This document shows positions 49,021 through 61,739 of a stretch of DNA of 64,000 nt, one piece after another. Both the position numbers and the translations under genes were made by a program. How positions within the stretch are numbered: the first letter of the stretch is position 1; each line of letters starts with the position of its first letter. Where the stretch lies: the NCBI RefSeq assembly GCF_006345805.1, contig NC_043015.1, positions 35,340,001-35,404,000 on the forward strand. The letters are read 5' to 3'. The notes beneath the pieces were generated by a model, which had not been told where the DNA came from, did not search any database, and saw only the letters and a program-made list of their open reading frames with translations. This stretch comes from Octopus sinensis (Eukaryota).

Positions 49021-49949
49021 ATTCTTTCTACAAAGGTGTAAGGCTTGAAATTTTGGTGGAGAAGATGAGCCAAATATTTATCACAGTGTCCAGCTGGTAC
49101 TTATATCACTGACCCTAAAAAGATGAAAGACAAAATTGACTTGGGTAGAATTTGAAATCACCGGGTAAACCTGAAAAGAATGCTAAGTATTTTATCTGAT
49201 GTGGTAATGTGCCTACCAGCGATCCTGATGTTGGTTCAGATCCATCAGTGGTCATATCTGATGAAAAATATCTGGATTCAAATCAGAAACAGAGAACTTC
49301 ATTATAGTAAGTGAGGAATAGTGCCTGTTAACCAGAAATTTCCAAGCAAGCATTATTAAAAATGGTGCTCACCCCACCTACTACTTCTGTGGTCATCATC
49401 AAAATTATTATTATCATTATTATTATTAAGGGAGCAAGATGGCAGAATCATAAGCATGCTGTATGAAATGCTTATGACAGTGGTACAAGGTATCAAATTT
49501 ATAAGATTTGATTGAATCAACCCAGGTAAATGACAAGTACTTATTTTATTTACCTTTAAAGAAAGTAAGACTAAGAGGACCCTAAAGAATTCGAAATCTT
49601 GATCATATAATCTAATATTTATTCTGAAATCCTGTTATTTCCAACACAAACTCAAATGTATGTATAAATATGTATGCTTATTTATTCCACTCTGTCTAGC
49701 TATCCTTCTACATTATGTATATTTTTCTTCTGACACATTCACAAACACACACATAATTTTCATATGTGTGTACCTGTGTACTTATATGCATATGTGTGTG
49801 TGTGTCTGTGAATATATGTGTATTTATATGTAATTCTATGTATAAAAAAATCGTTCTGTAGGAGTTGAAAAAATTAAAAGTATGATTTCCCTTCTCACAA
49901 ACACTACAAATATCCATAGTAAACTCAATGAAAAAAACCTATAATTTGC

Positions 49950-50031
<82 letters not shown>

Positions 50032-50190
50032 TATGGATGGATGAAAACAGTTTGATTCAAATTCCTAGGTATCCCAACAGCTGAAAATGGCTGGAGATTA
50101 TCATCACACTTAAAACTCAAACAACAAACTTGAATCAAGCTGTTTTGATCCATACATGTAACTCCCAGTAATTATGTTGAGTGCCTTTCT

Positions 50191-50196
50191 TTTATT
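50191..50196 (-). other. Candidate polyadenylation signal of EFHC2-like gene
   Basis: AATAAA on the minus strand about 95 nt after the stop codon. Other AATAAA hexamers exist further on. Confidence 0.35.
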
Positions 50197-50290
50197 TGTC
50201 CACTCACTCGTACATGTGAGTGTGTGTGTGTGTACATCCATGCATATGTATACACATACATTCACCTGTACACATAACACACTAGTGAAA

Positions 50291-50480
50291 CTACTGTAAT
50301 TCTTCATCTGGGTAGAGATTGTTAATCAGCTGTTCATATGCTACATCATCGACCACCTTACTTTTCATTACTTTCACCAGATTTGTGTCTCCATCCACAA
50401 TTTGTGAAAGTTGATGTGCCTGCCAGTCAATTTTACTAACAAGCTCTTCGTACTCAATAGAATTTTCCTCATTAGTGAAC
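50291..50480 (-). CDS. EFHC2: EF-hand domain-containing family member C2-like, last coding exon
   Basis: TTTTTTTTTAG|G TTC..., phase 2. FTNEENSIEYEELVSKIDWQ...VDDVAYEQLINNLYPDEELQ* matches human EFHC2 FEDSEKQIDYKSFFSALNWR...IDYWTFLKDAFGLEEE*. Confidence 0.85.
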
Positions 50481-52439
50481 CTAAAAAAAAAATCAGGAGA
50501 TAGAACAGGAATAAATGTGATATTATATAATTATTTGTGAAAACTATTTAATATTATGACAAATGATTATGTGCATGGAGAATAATGAGAATCAAAACAG
50601 CAATGTACATATTCCTTCTTCATACATTTAGGCAGTTTCAAAAGCAAATATGTGAGTCACTGTTGCGTTTGTCATCGGAGGACAACTTTTCCTTTCAGAT
50701 AATGTTTGTGTAAAAGATTCATTGGGGGGCTAGTATTTGGTAGAAATACCAGTAAAAACTTAATCTAAATCCCTTGTAACATTTCAATTTGTTCTTGTCC
50801 AAATCACACTTTTCATTATACAAGAGTTAAAAAAATAATAGGTCAATCTGACCAGAAGCCATGCATGCTTCATCTTAGTTAAAATGACTGGATGTCTTCA
50901 AGTTTCTTCAACATCCCTGCAACAGCTTGCTCTTTAGTATTAATAGATTATTGGAATTGCAGTTTAGATAGGAGTAGGCATGGCTAGGTTGTCTCAGTAT
51001 AGACCAACATCATGGGATGGGAACTTGGATCTCAATGTATTTATATTAAATACTTAGATGAAAAATAAATTGAATAACTTAATTAAAATAAAGAATTAAA
51101 TTAATTTAAGAAAATTAAATGAAATTAATTTCATAACTAACCTAAGCTATTATTTGTAGCAATTTCATTGATCCTCATGGAGGTATTTTTGTTGTCTCAT
51201 CTTATTGACGTTGGTATCTATAAACTATGTGAGTTTAAATTAAGAGGATTTATAATGAGAGATGTTCCAGCTTCGACCATCCCGTCTTTTCATTTAAGTT
51301 AGAGTGTATTGAAAACTACATTCTTTTATTTGTCTCAGTCATTGAACTAGGGCTATGCTGGGGCACCATCTTCAGCTGCATGCCTTCAGAAGGATATATT
51401 ATCCAAGGACACATTATCCACCGTGTTCTCATTTTTTGAAGACAATAGAATGAGATCTGAGAGACATTCAGTTGCTTTTACTAGCATGTGAAATTAACTG
51501 GTAAAGATTCTCCCACTGTCAAATATTTTTGTTTAACTGTGCCACTTTCCAGAACAAGTTAACCTATAATCAAAGACATTCCAGCAATGACCAACTCTCA
51601 ACCCACTTTTCTCTCCATTTCTCACTACCCCTGTCATCTCACCATAATTCCTAGTCCTTACTCTCTTGAACATCTGGAATTTCCTCTTCTTGCCCATGTC
51701 TTTTCTACAGGGTAAGATTTTAACATTTAACCTCACCAACAATGGAGACATTCAAACAATTGTGAGAAATGTCCCTTCTTCAGTGAGTGAGAAAGAAAAA
51801 AATTAAGTTTTTTTTTTTTTTCCAGTTATAGTATATATGGAACTATACCACCAAATGTATTCTCCATTGGAGAATACAGTATCTGTAACAGTTTATAGAA
51901 AGCTCCAAGACAGCTGAAAGGAAGCAGAGACCAGGTCAAAACACTTGCAACAGAATGGATTTTGATAAAGGCACCAAAGGGCCATGTGAGAGTTTTAAAT
52001 AGATTGGATAATGGATTGTCTACCATCCAAAAGGAAGAGTATTTGCCCCTACAGACTCTCACAAAGTTTCCGTCTCTGAAATTTGACACTGCAAATTATA
52101 TTACGGGAGACACTTGTTCAAAGTGCCATGCAACGGAATTGAACCTTAAACTGTAGTGAAGCAAACTTCTTAAACACACAACCATGCCTGCTCTCATATT
52201 CAGACGAAAAAGTGTCATCTGAAGAATATTTAACTTTTCCTTGTATATCCAGCTGCAGCATAAAGGTGCCTTCCTTGAATCTAGCAATCTATCAACTTGC
52301 TTCTTAAAACAATTGTACGGAATACTTAGAAAAAGATTGAGACAAATTATAACCACCAGCAACAGCACTGCTGCCAAAATACACACATATATACACACAC
52401 TCACATACATTCATATATTTGAATGTTTAAAAGCACCAT

Positions 52440-52810
52440 TTGAACATTGGGCATCATGGAGGCAAAGTGGCTGAGTTCCTTTCAAGTATTGAGCCTCACG
52501 AAAGCAAAGTGGCTGAGCTCCTCTTGAGTACTGGGCCTCATGGAGGCAATGACTGAGGCCTTTGACATTATGTCATGCCTGAGAAGGAGATCCATCAAGC
52601 CAAACAAAATCGCAGTTGTGGCAGATACCAGTGTCACACAAATGGCACCTCTACCAGTTGCACATAAAAGCACCCATTACACTCTTGGAGTAGTTAACAT
52701 TAGGACGGGAAACCAGCTGTAGAAAACCATGCAAGATCAGACTGAAGTCTGGTGCAGCCTCCTAACTTATCAACATCTAACTCATGCCAGCATGGACAAC
52801 AGACGTTAAA
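52440..52810 (+). mobile_element. RTE-tail non-autonomous element/SINE copy
   Basis: Conserved body CACCCA.TACACTC..GGAGT.GTT..C.TTAGGA.GG..ACCAGCTGTAGAAA...CATGCCAGCATGGA. Confidence 0.7.
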
Positions 52811-52871
52811 TGATATATATTAAATACACACACAAGCATTTCAATGCATCATGTGAGAATGTCTATACCTA

Positions 52872-52914
<43 letters not shown>

Positions 52915-53057
52915 TGAGTGTATTTTTACCTTGTTAACAATTAACACGGAAAAATAAATAAATAGTTACCAGGGCAGCAAAAATCTCACAAGTAAAGGTG
53001 TTGTAACTCCTTGTTTATAAAGGTAGAAACTTCGTATTTACGTTGAATATTTGAATA

Positions 53058-54567
53058 ATATGAATAAAAAATGGAGTTAACGCAGGTGTAAACAAATATT
53101 TTTACTTTCGACACATGTTTCGAAAATTCCACTGATACTATTCAAAAGAATAAATGGTATAAACAATGCAATCTTCTCTTCGGGAAAGTGAAAAAAACGA
53201 AACTCATCAATACGACATTTTAGCAAAAAATGATGGATTTGTATAGCGATAGACAGAACGCTATTAATATTGTTTAAAAAAAACGTTATATGATATAACG
53301 TCATAAGTAGCTAACAGAAAGAGTATACAGAAAAAATTTTCTACATTGATTCTGCTCAGTCTAATTGTTAATTCAATAATGTAGATAAGATTTCTAGTCG
53401 TAAAAGAATTATTGATAACAAACATAACTTACGCACCAATACAAAGCGAATGAAGGCAGATAACCCTTATTTAATCCCCTATTATCGATCTATAAGTAAA
53501 TATAACACCTTCAAAAGTAATTACGCTATGAATACTAGTAAAAATATTTGGTTAATAATTCCTTACGGGAGACAAATTAAATCTAATCTCCCACTGCTGT
53601 TTCGTCAAGCTATTGCTAGGAATTTTCCAAACAATTCTAGATATTATTCTATAATTAATTCACATAAGGTTAGGATAGGTTTTTCAAACACAAAAAATCT
53701 CTTGCAAATTATATCTTCTCATAATAGCAAACTGTTAAATATTAATACATTTACTAATACTAACATTAATTTAGCTAATACCATCCAACCCTTTAGAAAT
53801 ATTAATAACAAGGTTATTGTATCTGAAGTCAATTCCAATAGAATTAAATTTATGTCAAGTAACTCTAAGATTAAAAATTCTATATATCAGTGTATAATCA
53901 CTACTCGTAATAAAGTACGATTTTACATTGGAAGCACATCGTTAGAGTTATCTAAAAGAATTTCTATCCATTACTCAACATTTAGGGATAGAAATAAACG
54001 GAATAGTACCGGTCTCAGCAAACTGATTTGGGATTTAAAAGACCACAATGAACAATTTCATTTAGAATGGTTGATCCTCTCAATTTCGATACCATATGAC
54101 AAAGGCAAGAAATTCTGTCTTCTCTGCAATTCTGAGCTATTTTTCATTATTTTTTCTTAAAATATTCTAGTAAACACGGTTATAGAGCTAGCATACAGAT
54201 GTACGCATTGGCAAAAACATACATTTAGTGCATATAAGTAGTCTCTATCATTATATATAATTTAAACTTGAATTTCCTTTATATTTAACATTCACTATTA
54301 ATATCCCTACTCTTTCTGTTAGCTACTTATGATGTTATATCATATAACGTTTTTTTAAACAATATTAATAGCGTTCTGTCTATCGCTATACAAATCCATC
54401 ATTTTTTGCTAAAATGTCGTATTGACGAGTTTCGTTTTTTTCACTTTCCCGAAGAGAAGATTGCATTGTTTATACCATTTATTCTTTTGAATAGTATCAG
54501 TGGAATTTTCGAAACATGTGTCGAAAGTAAAAATATTTGTTTACACCTGCGTTAACTCCATTTTTTA

Positions 54568-54574
<7 letters not shown>
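53058..54574 (+). mobile_element. Young 5'-truncated Penelope-like element (GIY-YIG) with 268-bp inverted terminal repeats
   Basis: ORF 53450-54160 has IWLIIPY..IGFSNTKNLLQIISSHNSKLL and FYIGSTS..KRISIH..STGLSKLIWDLK..PYDKGKKFCLLCNSE, continuing in frame after one TAA to CTHWQKH..YK*. Arms 53058-53325 and 54308-54574 are almost identical inverted copies. Confidence 0.9.
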
Positions 54575-54618
<44 letters not shown>

Positions 54619-54639
54619 CCTTGCTCTAATAACTGAGTT

Positions 54640-55840
54640 AATACCAGAACTAGAAGAGAATAGTTTCAGGTGTGGAAGCAAGGTTTAGAATTGAAGGGCC
54701 TTAGAGTCAATCTAGCAAAGTCTTAGTAAGAAAGCAGACAAACCACAAAACCTTTCAAGTTGATGGCCCTGCTTGATCTGTAGGAAAGGCATAGGTAGAA
54801 ACTCCATAAGATGTACCTGGTGTAAGCTATAGACTCATAAGAACTATGGCAATTTCAAAGGAAGGTTAACTGGGAAGATAGTTTTTGTGTATGGCAGATG
54901 GGCAACAAACACTGAAAATGTGCAGAAAACAACTTCCATCACATGCTGTGGGGAAAAAACTAGAAGTAGTTGATAGCTTCTGTTAACTGAGGTGACCAAG
55001 TCAATAGCATTGGTGGATGCTCTGAGAGCATAGCTGCTAGAATAAGATTAGGCTGATCAAAGTTCAGAGAGCTCCTACCTCTGCTGGTAACAAAGGGCCT
55101 CTCACTCAGACTGAAAGGTAGACTGTATGATGCATGTGTGCAAACAGCCATGCTACACGGTAGTGAAACATGGGCCATGACTGCTGAGGAAATGCGTCAG
55201 CTCAAAAGAAATGAAGCTAGTATGCTCTGCTAAATGTGTAATGTCAGTGTGCATACACGACAGAGTGTAAGCACCCTGCAAAAAAGTTGGACCTAAGAAG
55301 CATCAGATGTGGTGTGCAAGACAGACAACTGCACTGGTATGGTCATGTGTTATGTATGGATAAGGACAGCTGTGTCAAGAAGTGTCACTCCCTAACAGAG
55401 GTGGGATCTGTGGAAGAGGTAGACTCAGGAATATCTGAGATGAGGTGGTGAAACACGACCTTTGAATGTTGGGCCTCACAGAGGCAATGACAAGTGACCA
55501 AGACCTTTGGAGATATGTTGTGCTAAAGACCTGGTGAGCCAAGTGAGATCAATCATCATGGCTGATTCCAGTTCCACTTGACTGGCTCCTGTTTTAGTAG
55601 CACATAAAATGCACCATTCGAGTGTGGTTGATGCTAGTGTTTCCTGAATGGCCTCGTGTCAGTGGCACATAAAAAGCATCTACTACACTCTCAGAGTAGT
55701 TGGCGTTAGGAAGGGCATCCAGCTGTGGAAATCTTCCCAGATTAGATTGGAGCATGGTGCAGCCTCCTGGCTTGCTAGTTCTCAGTGAAACCATTCAACC
55801 CATGCCAGCATGAAAAGTGCATGTTAAACGATAATGATGA
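54640..55840 (+). mobile_element. RTE LINE 3' fragment with 3' UTR
   Basis: GLELKGLRVNLAK, GRLYDACVQTAMLHGSETWAM and a decayed LHWYGHVL, then the shared RTE-tail body and (GAT)n. Confidence 0.85.
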
Positions 55841-55853
55841 TAAATATATATAC

Positions 55854-55887
<34 letters not shown>

Positions 55888-55924
55888 ACGCATGTATGTA
55901 TGTATGTATGTATGTATGTATTTG

Positions 55925-56340
55925 ATGGCACATGGCTCAGTGATTAGAGCATCAGCCTTAGAATCAGTTGTGAGCTCAATTCCTGGACAGGGTAGTGAAT
56001 TGTGTTCATGAGCAAGACACTTTATTTCATGTTGCTCCAGTTCGCTCAGTTGTAGAAATGAGTTGCAATATCACTGGTGCTGTATCAGCTTTTGCCATTC
56101 TCTTGGACAACATTTGTGATGTGGGAAGGGGAGACTGGTATGCATGGGCGACTGCTGGTCTTCCACAAACAATATTGCTTGGTAAAAAGTTTGCTTCCAA
56201 ACAACATGGTACCAGGTTCAATCCGACTATGTGGCATCTTGGGCAAGTATCTTCTACTATGGCCTTAGGCCAACTAAAGCCTTGTGAGTGGATTTGGTAG
56301 ATTTCATAGACAGAAACTGAAAGAAGCCCATCGTAGTGTG
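55925..56340 (+). mobile_element. Two adjacent tRNA-derived SINE fragments
   Basis: Head TGGCTCAGTGATTAGAGCATCAG..GAGCTCAATTCC with body GAGCAAGACACTTT, followed by a second head and body of the 20300 family. Confidence 0.65.
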
Positions 56341-56600
56341 TGTGTGTGTTTGTCGTTGCGCTTGTGTTTGTCAGACACCAGACTGTAACAAAACATAACT
56401 CAAAATAATTGAGGAAACTTCCTCTTCAAACGATGTCAAATTTTATTTGCTCTGAAGAGATTGCACCAATAATGCATAAATCGCTGCATATGAATATGCA
56501 ACGATATGTGATTGATGCAATTGAAACACATGTCAGACTTTTATTCAAACTGGAAATAAACGAAGTTTGAATGTTCAAATTCTTCATTCTCCTAATTTGA

Positions 56601-56640
<40 letters not shown>

Positions 56641-56666
56641 ACACACACACAAAGAAACTGAGGGCA

Positions 56667-56764
56667 CTATTCAGCACCAGTATTGTTAGAAATAAGAGTA
56701 AAAACAACTCATACCACTATGAGTTGCTTTAACTCTTATTTCTAGCAATACTGGTGCTGAATAG
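56667..56764. repeat. 98-nt near-perfect hairpin (47-nt arms, 4-nt loop)
   Basis: CTATTCAGCACCAGTATTGTTAGAAATAAGAGTAAAAACAACTCATA-CCAC-TATGAGTTGCTTTAACTCTTATTTCTAGCAATACTGGTGCTGAATAG, with three non-Watson-Crick positions. Confidence 0.92.
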
Positions 56765-57122
56765 CACCCACAGTAGCTTTAGTGACATATATATTTTTGT
56801 CTTTCGGTTTAAAAATTGCTAACAAGCCAGCCATATTTATTTATATACATATATGTATGTATGTATAGATGGATGGACAGATATAGATATATCTATGCAC
56901 CTAGGTGTGTCTGCATGTATATGGCAGGTTTCCATACAGTTGCCATTTACAGAATTTCATTTAAAAGGCATTCTCAGTCTATGGTTATCATAGAAGACAT
57001 TTGCATAGAGTGCTCTTTTGAAGGATAGAATGTGAAACCGCACAGTTGCCAAGTGAACTTCTCAGCCAAGCATTGTTCTCAAAAAAGAAAAAAAATATCA
57101 AATACCTGTAAATTCCACTTAC

Positions 57123-57215
57123 CTTTCTAGAAGGTGATTCAGTAAATCCTTTGAGATTGGAAATTTTTGACCTAACATTATTCTTCGAATGGCTGAGGCA
57201 GGCAAGTAACCAGTT
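57123..57215 (-). CDS. EFHC2: EFHC2-like penultimate coding exon
   Basis: TTTCTTTTTCCAAAG|A...GAAAG|GTAAGT, phase 2 to 2. TGYLPASAIRRIMLGQKFPISKDLLNHLLE matches human KNVLPTKDIKRLCKSSRLPLSDDLLESLLS. The ORF track misses this exon. Confidence 0.88.
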
Positions 57216-57559
57216 CTTTGGAAAAAGAAAACCAGAAAAATAAATGAAACAGATGAAAATCTGGTGCAAGTCTGACCATTTGGATAAAAGGTTAGTTTTT
57301 ACATTCACAAGGTTCTATGCTTGATTCAACTGTACAACATTGAATACTGTAGTCTGATACTGAGCTATACTTTCTACCTCCATCTCATGTTGAGTTATTC
57401 CTTCAATTACTGCCTCATATTGAATAATACCTTCTGCTGTAATTTCATTTTGAACAATACTTTTCTATTTCTGCCCAATAGTGAACAATATTTTCTACTG
57501 TAGCCTCAGGCTGATTCAGTACATTCTGTTGTAGTCTAATGTTGATCAATAGCTTGTAA

Positions 57560-58395
57560 GTGTAATTTGGTATTTCACAACACTCCATCTGCATCTAATG
57601 AAGAAGACTGCTTCACTGACCTGGGCCACCGACCATTCCACTGGACAGAAGCTCCTGGCCAGTTCCAAGCATCTGCCTATGTGTTGTGGACCAGTTTAAC
57701 TTTTGCAGGTATCCTTGACATTTTAACATCTCCCTGGCCAAACACTCAGCCCTTCGATGTCTTTGACACTTCAAAGACATCATCATAAAACTGGCTGATG
57801 TGGGTGAAGCTGTGGTGGTGTGGAATGCAAACAACTACAAGGCTGAACCTCTCCGCCAACTTCAAGACACCTCTTTCTATTCCCCTCTGCCCTCCAACCC
57901 CATGCCTATCAACAGACTACGTCCTCCACTATCCATAACCTCATATCCTCTTCCCATCTCCCTCCCACCACCTCAAACCTCATTGTCTGCACTCTACGCA
58001 CCCTACCATTATCTATTTCCTTCCCAAAATCCATAAGGCCGACAACCCTAGTCTCCCCATCATCTCCGCCTGTAACTACCCCATGGAATTGATCTCAAAA
58101 TACCTCAACTGTGTCCTTGGCCCCCTAGTGGCTTCCCTCCACTCCCACATCCATGACACTAACCATGCTCTCCGTGTCTTCAACTCTTTTTCCTTCCCAC
58201 CTGGCCCCTTGGCCCCTTGAAACTTCTTTTCACTCTTGATATCAAGAGTCTATTTACAGTAAACCCACACAATAAAGGACTTCTTGCACTCAAACACTTC
58301 CTAGAACTTCAACCCAACTGCCAGCCTGACACTTCTACACTTCTTCATCTGGTCAAACTTGTTCTCTCCTTCAACTGCTTCTTGTACATCTACAC
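57560..58395 (+). mobile_element. Penelope-like reverse transcriptase remnant
   Basis: PKIHKADNPSLPIISACNYPMELISKYLNCVLGPLVASLHSHIHDTNHAL and LFTLDIKSLFTVNPHNKGLLALKHFL. Confidence 0.8.
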
Positions 58396-58789
58396 AAGGA
58401 ACTGATATACAATGAAGAACTCCTCTCTTATAAACAATAAGGTAACTTAAACAAAAAATTGAAAGTAAAAAGTAAAATATAATATAAAAATAAGTACATG
58501 AGTCAAATAAAATGTTATACAATGATAATAAAATATCATTTAATAAAACCATAAAAGAACATAATCAGAATAAAAATAACAATTGGACATTCAAACTGAC
58601 CATTGCATACTCATACATACATGCAAGCATGCATGCACACATGTATATATATATGTATGTATGTATGTATGTATATGAAAGAGGCTGGTCACATTCCCAG
58701 AAGAAAAAAACTTGCTCACAAACGTGCAACATGGTTTTTGTTTGGGGAGGAGCTGCCTCTCACAGCTACTATAGCATTCCGTAACGGTA

Positions 58790-59900
58790 CAGAAACACCA
58801 GCTCAACCACGCAAATGTGAATGTGATATCTTGGTTTTGCCAAGGCCTTTGACAAATTTAAGTATGGAATGATATGTGACATATTGCATGGCCTTGGCAT
58901 CACTGCAAAATTATGTGAGTTACTGCATGACTTTCTAAAAGTTAGACAGTTTCAGCCAATACTGCTCTCCCTGGGGAGACATCAGTCTGCATCAGAGTCC
59001 CTCAAGAAACTGGGACCATTGCTGCTTGTGGTGGCTCTCTCAGACTTGTTGTTGGCCATGCAATCAGCCACTATCACCAGCTACATTAACGATAGAAAAA
59101 TATCACTGGCAATCAAGGACCCTGGTGATATGCTAAAACTGCTAAAGAACTTGCATGCAGTTTACAAATGGGCTGATGAAAATGCCATGCAGCACAATGC
59201 TGAGAAGTTTCAAGCACTCCACTACAAGCCCACAAATAGACTACAATCAGAATATAGAGGACCAGTGGGTATTGTAATCCCAGTCAGAGTCAGTGCATGA
59301 CCTGGGAACCCACATGAGTAATGATGCAAAATTCCATGTACATATTACCAAGACAGCAGCACAATGCAGGTAAATAGCTGGATCAATTCTGAAACCATTC
59401 AGAATCCCCTCCCCTCCCAAAAAGCGCTACTCGTGAGGAGAATTTTTAGAGTGTTTATTCTCTGTCATCTGGATTACTGCTCCCATCTGTGATCACCACA
59501 GAGTGTCAAACTGAGAGCAGAATTTCAGGCAATTCAGCTCCACTACATAAAGAAGATTGACTCAATGAAACAAAACAGATGAGCTACTGGGTAAGGCTAA
59601 AAGAACTGAAGCTCTAATCCCTGGGGAGAAACGAGGAAGACCCTGGAAGGTCTAACTCCCAACTTAGGAACTGAAAGCAATATCCAACTATTAGCACTGC
59701 ATAATACCGAATACCATCTCTTCTCCATCTCGAATAAGAACCCAGGACTGTAATAGTTTGTGTTTCAGGGGTCACAACTATTTAACAGTCTGCCAAACCA
59801 CCTCAGAGGCATGTTCATTGGAGATATGAGGATCTTCAAAGAGCAATTGGAAATACCTAATGAAGCTACATTGCAGCAGGAGGCACAAAGAAGAGTGCAT
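58790..59900 (+). mobile_element. Decayed CR1/L2-type LINE reverse transcriptase
   Basis: A frameshifted ..GFAKAFDK motif, LGITAKLCELLHDFLKVRQ, LGPLLLVVALSDL..SYINDRKI and VYKWADENAMQHNAEKFQALHY. Confidence 0.75.
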
Positions 59901-60410
59901 CCTTCCAACTTGCTGCTTTGCCAAAAGCAGTAAAGAAAGAAAACCCAGGCAGTGCTCCAGTATGGCCCCAGCCTTTAGCTGAAACTAGTGAAAGGTAAAC
60001 GAAATAGGTGTGTGTGTGTGTGTAGTAAAAGAAGAACTAGAAAGTCTTTAGTACAGTATTATATATTTGAGAAATGGATAGAAATCACTTTTCTGATAAT
60101 TTTTCCACTTTAATAGTGAGATGTTTGTAAGTTATTAGGTGTTTAAAAAAAAATTATGCTTAATAACTAATAAACATCTAATTATTAAAGTGGAAAAATG
60201 ATCAGGAAAGCCATTTCTATTCTTTTTTTCAAATACATGTGTGTGTATATATATATATATATAATTGTTAAAGAGGACAACAAACATTAAGGCATGGTAA
60301 ACATCTCAGGTTGTATACAATATTATTAGTGAAAAGAAATTACCTAGCGTACCTAATTGTTTAGATCACCTGTGGACTAAACGTCCATACTTTGTGTGTG
60401 TGTGTATGTA

Positions 60411-60460
<50 letters not shown>

Positions 60461-60777
60461 TACACATGTATATATACATATGTATCTATATACACACATA
60501 TACTCATACATGTATACATATACACACGTGATATGCATATGTTGGTGTACATATATGTGTGTGTGTGTGTTTGAATGTTTTTGAGCCCCTCTCTGTGTGA
60601 AACTATATTTTGATCTATTAGTGGTTGTCTGTGGCTATACTGCGTTTATACACGTGCTTTTGTGTATGTACACATACTCAGAGATGTTCTGGTCCATATA
60701 TGCATATATGAGTGTGTTTATGTATGCCTGTGTATATGTGTGTATGTATGGCTATATACATGTATGTATGTGTGTGA

Positions 60778-61140
60778 CATCATCATCATTTAATGTCCGT
60801 TTTCCATGCTGTCATGGGTTGGATGGTTTAACTGGGGACTGGCAAGCCAGAAGGCTGCACCAGGCTCCAATCTGATCTGGCAAGGTTACCCTTCCTAATG
60901 CCAACCACTCCAAGTGTATGGTGGGTGCTTTTTACATGCCACTGGAACAGGAGCCAGTCAGAGGGTACTGGCTACAGCTACGATTTTGGTTTCACTTGAT
61001 TCAACAGGTTTTCTCAAGCATATCATATCACCTAATATATCAAGAGCACTCTTAAATGGGCTGGACATGCAACACTGGCATTGGCCATGGCTGTGATCTC
61101 AGTTTAGTTGTCGGGTCTTCTCAATCATAGCATTTCTCTG
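60778..61140 (-). mobile_element. RTE-tail non-autonomous element/SINE copy
   Basis: Reverse complement of the shared body with (CAT)n at the left end. Confidence 0.75.
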
Positions 61141-61159
61141 AAGGTTGCAGTCTCTTGTC

Positions 61160-61510
61160 ATTTTGAAGCTAGGTAAAATTTGAAAGATGTTGCCAGATGG
61201 TTACTCAGTGGTATTTGGCAGACTTCTGGGTTTTTAATTTGTTGTCGATGCACATGCGAGTGTCCTGATAGTGCTTTACCTGTCTGGCCAACATACAGTT
61301 TTTCACAATTTGGGCATTTGATGCAGTAGATTAAATTTCTGCTTTTGTAGTTCATGTTTGCGTTTGTGAATATTTTCCCTGTTTTTGTGTTCATATATGG
61401 TCCGGTATGAAATAATTGGCATGTACTGTATTGGCTATCATTGCATTTAGACACAGTGAATGGTTGATCTTTGGTGCTAAGGTCAAACCTTGCCTTTATT
61501 AATACCAAAT
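61160..61510 (-). mobile_element. Penelope-like GIY-YIG endonuclease fragment
   Basis: FTVSKCNDSQYSTC..NYKSRNLIYCIKCPNCEKLYVGQTGKALSGHSHVHRQQIKNPEVCQIPLSNHL; same lineage type as 7009-8265. Confidence 0.8.
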
Positions 61511-61607
61511 ACTGCCAAATACCTTCTGGCTAGCCAGCCCTTAGTGAAACCATCTAACCCATGCCAGCATGGAAAGCAGACGTTAAACAACGATGATGAT
61601 ATATATC

Positions 61608-61639
<32 letters not shown>

Positions 61640-61701
61640 TATATATATACATAGAGAGAGAGGGGGTGGAGATTACAGGCTCCCTGTGTGTGTGTGTGTG
61701 T

Positions 61702-61739
<38 letters not shown>

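Noticed and set aside
49200-49312. Plus-strand exon-like stretch ending in ATA|GTAAGT
   Set aside because: No recognisable protein, no convincing acceptor and no partner exons.
54158-54160. In-frame stop in the Penelope GIY-YIG ORF as possible recoding (selenocysteine, as in Naiad PLEs)
   Set aside because: The codon is TAA, not TGA, so a simple nonsense mutation is the better explanation.
54308-54574. Expected hammerhead in the pLTR of the 53-kb Penelope element
   Set aside because: A CGAAACATGTGTCGAAAG segment is present, but I could not find a CTGANGA with a stem II in front of it on either strand.
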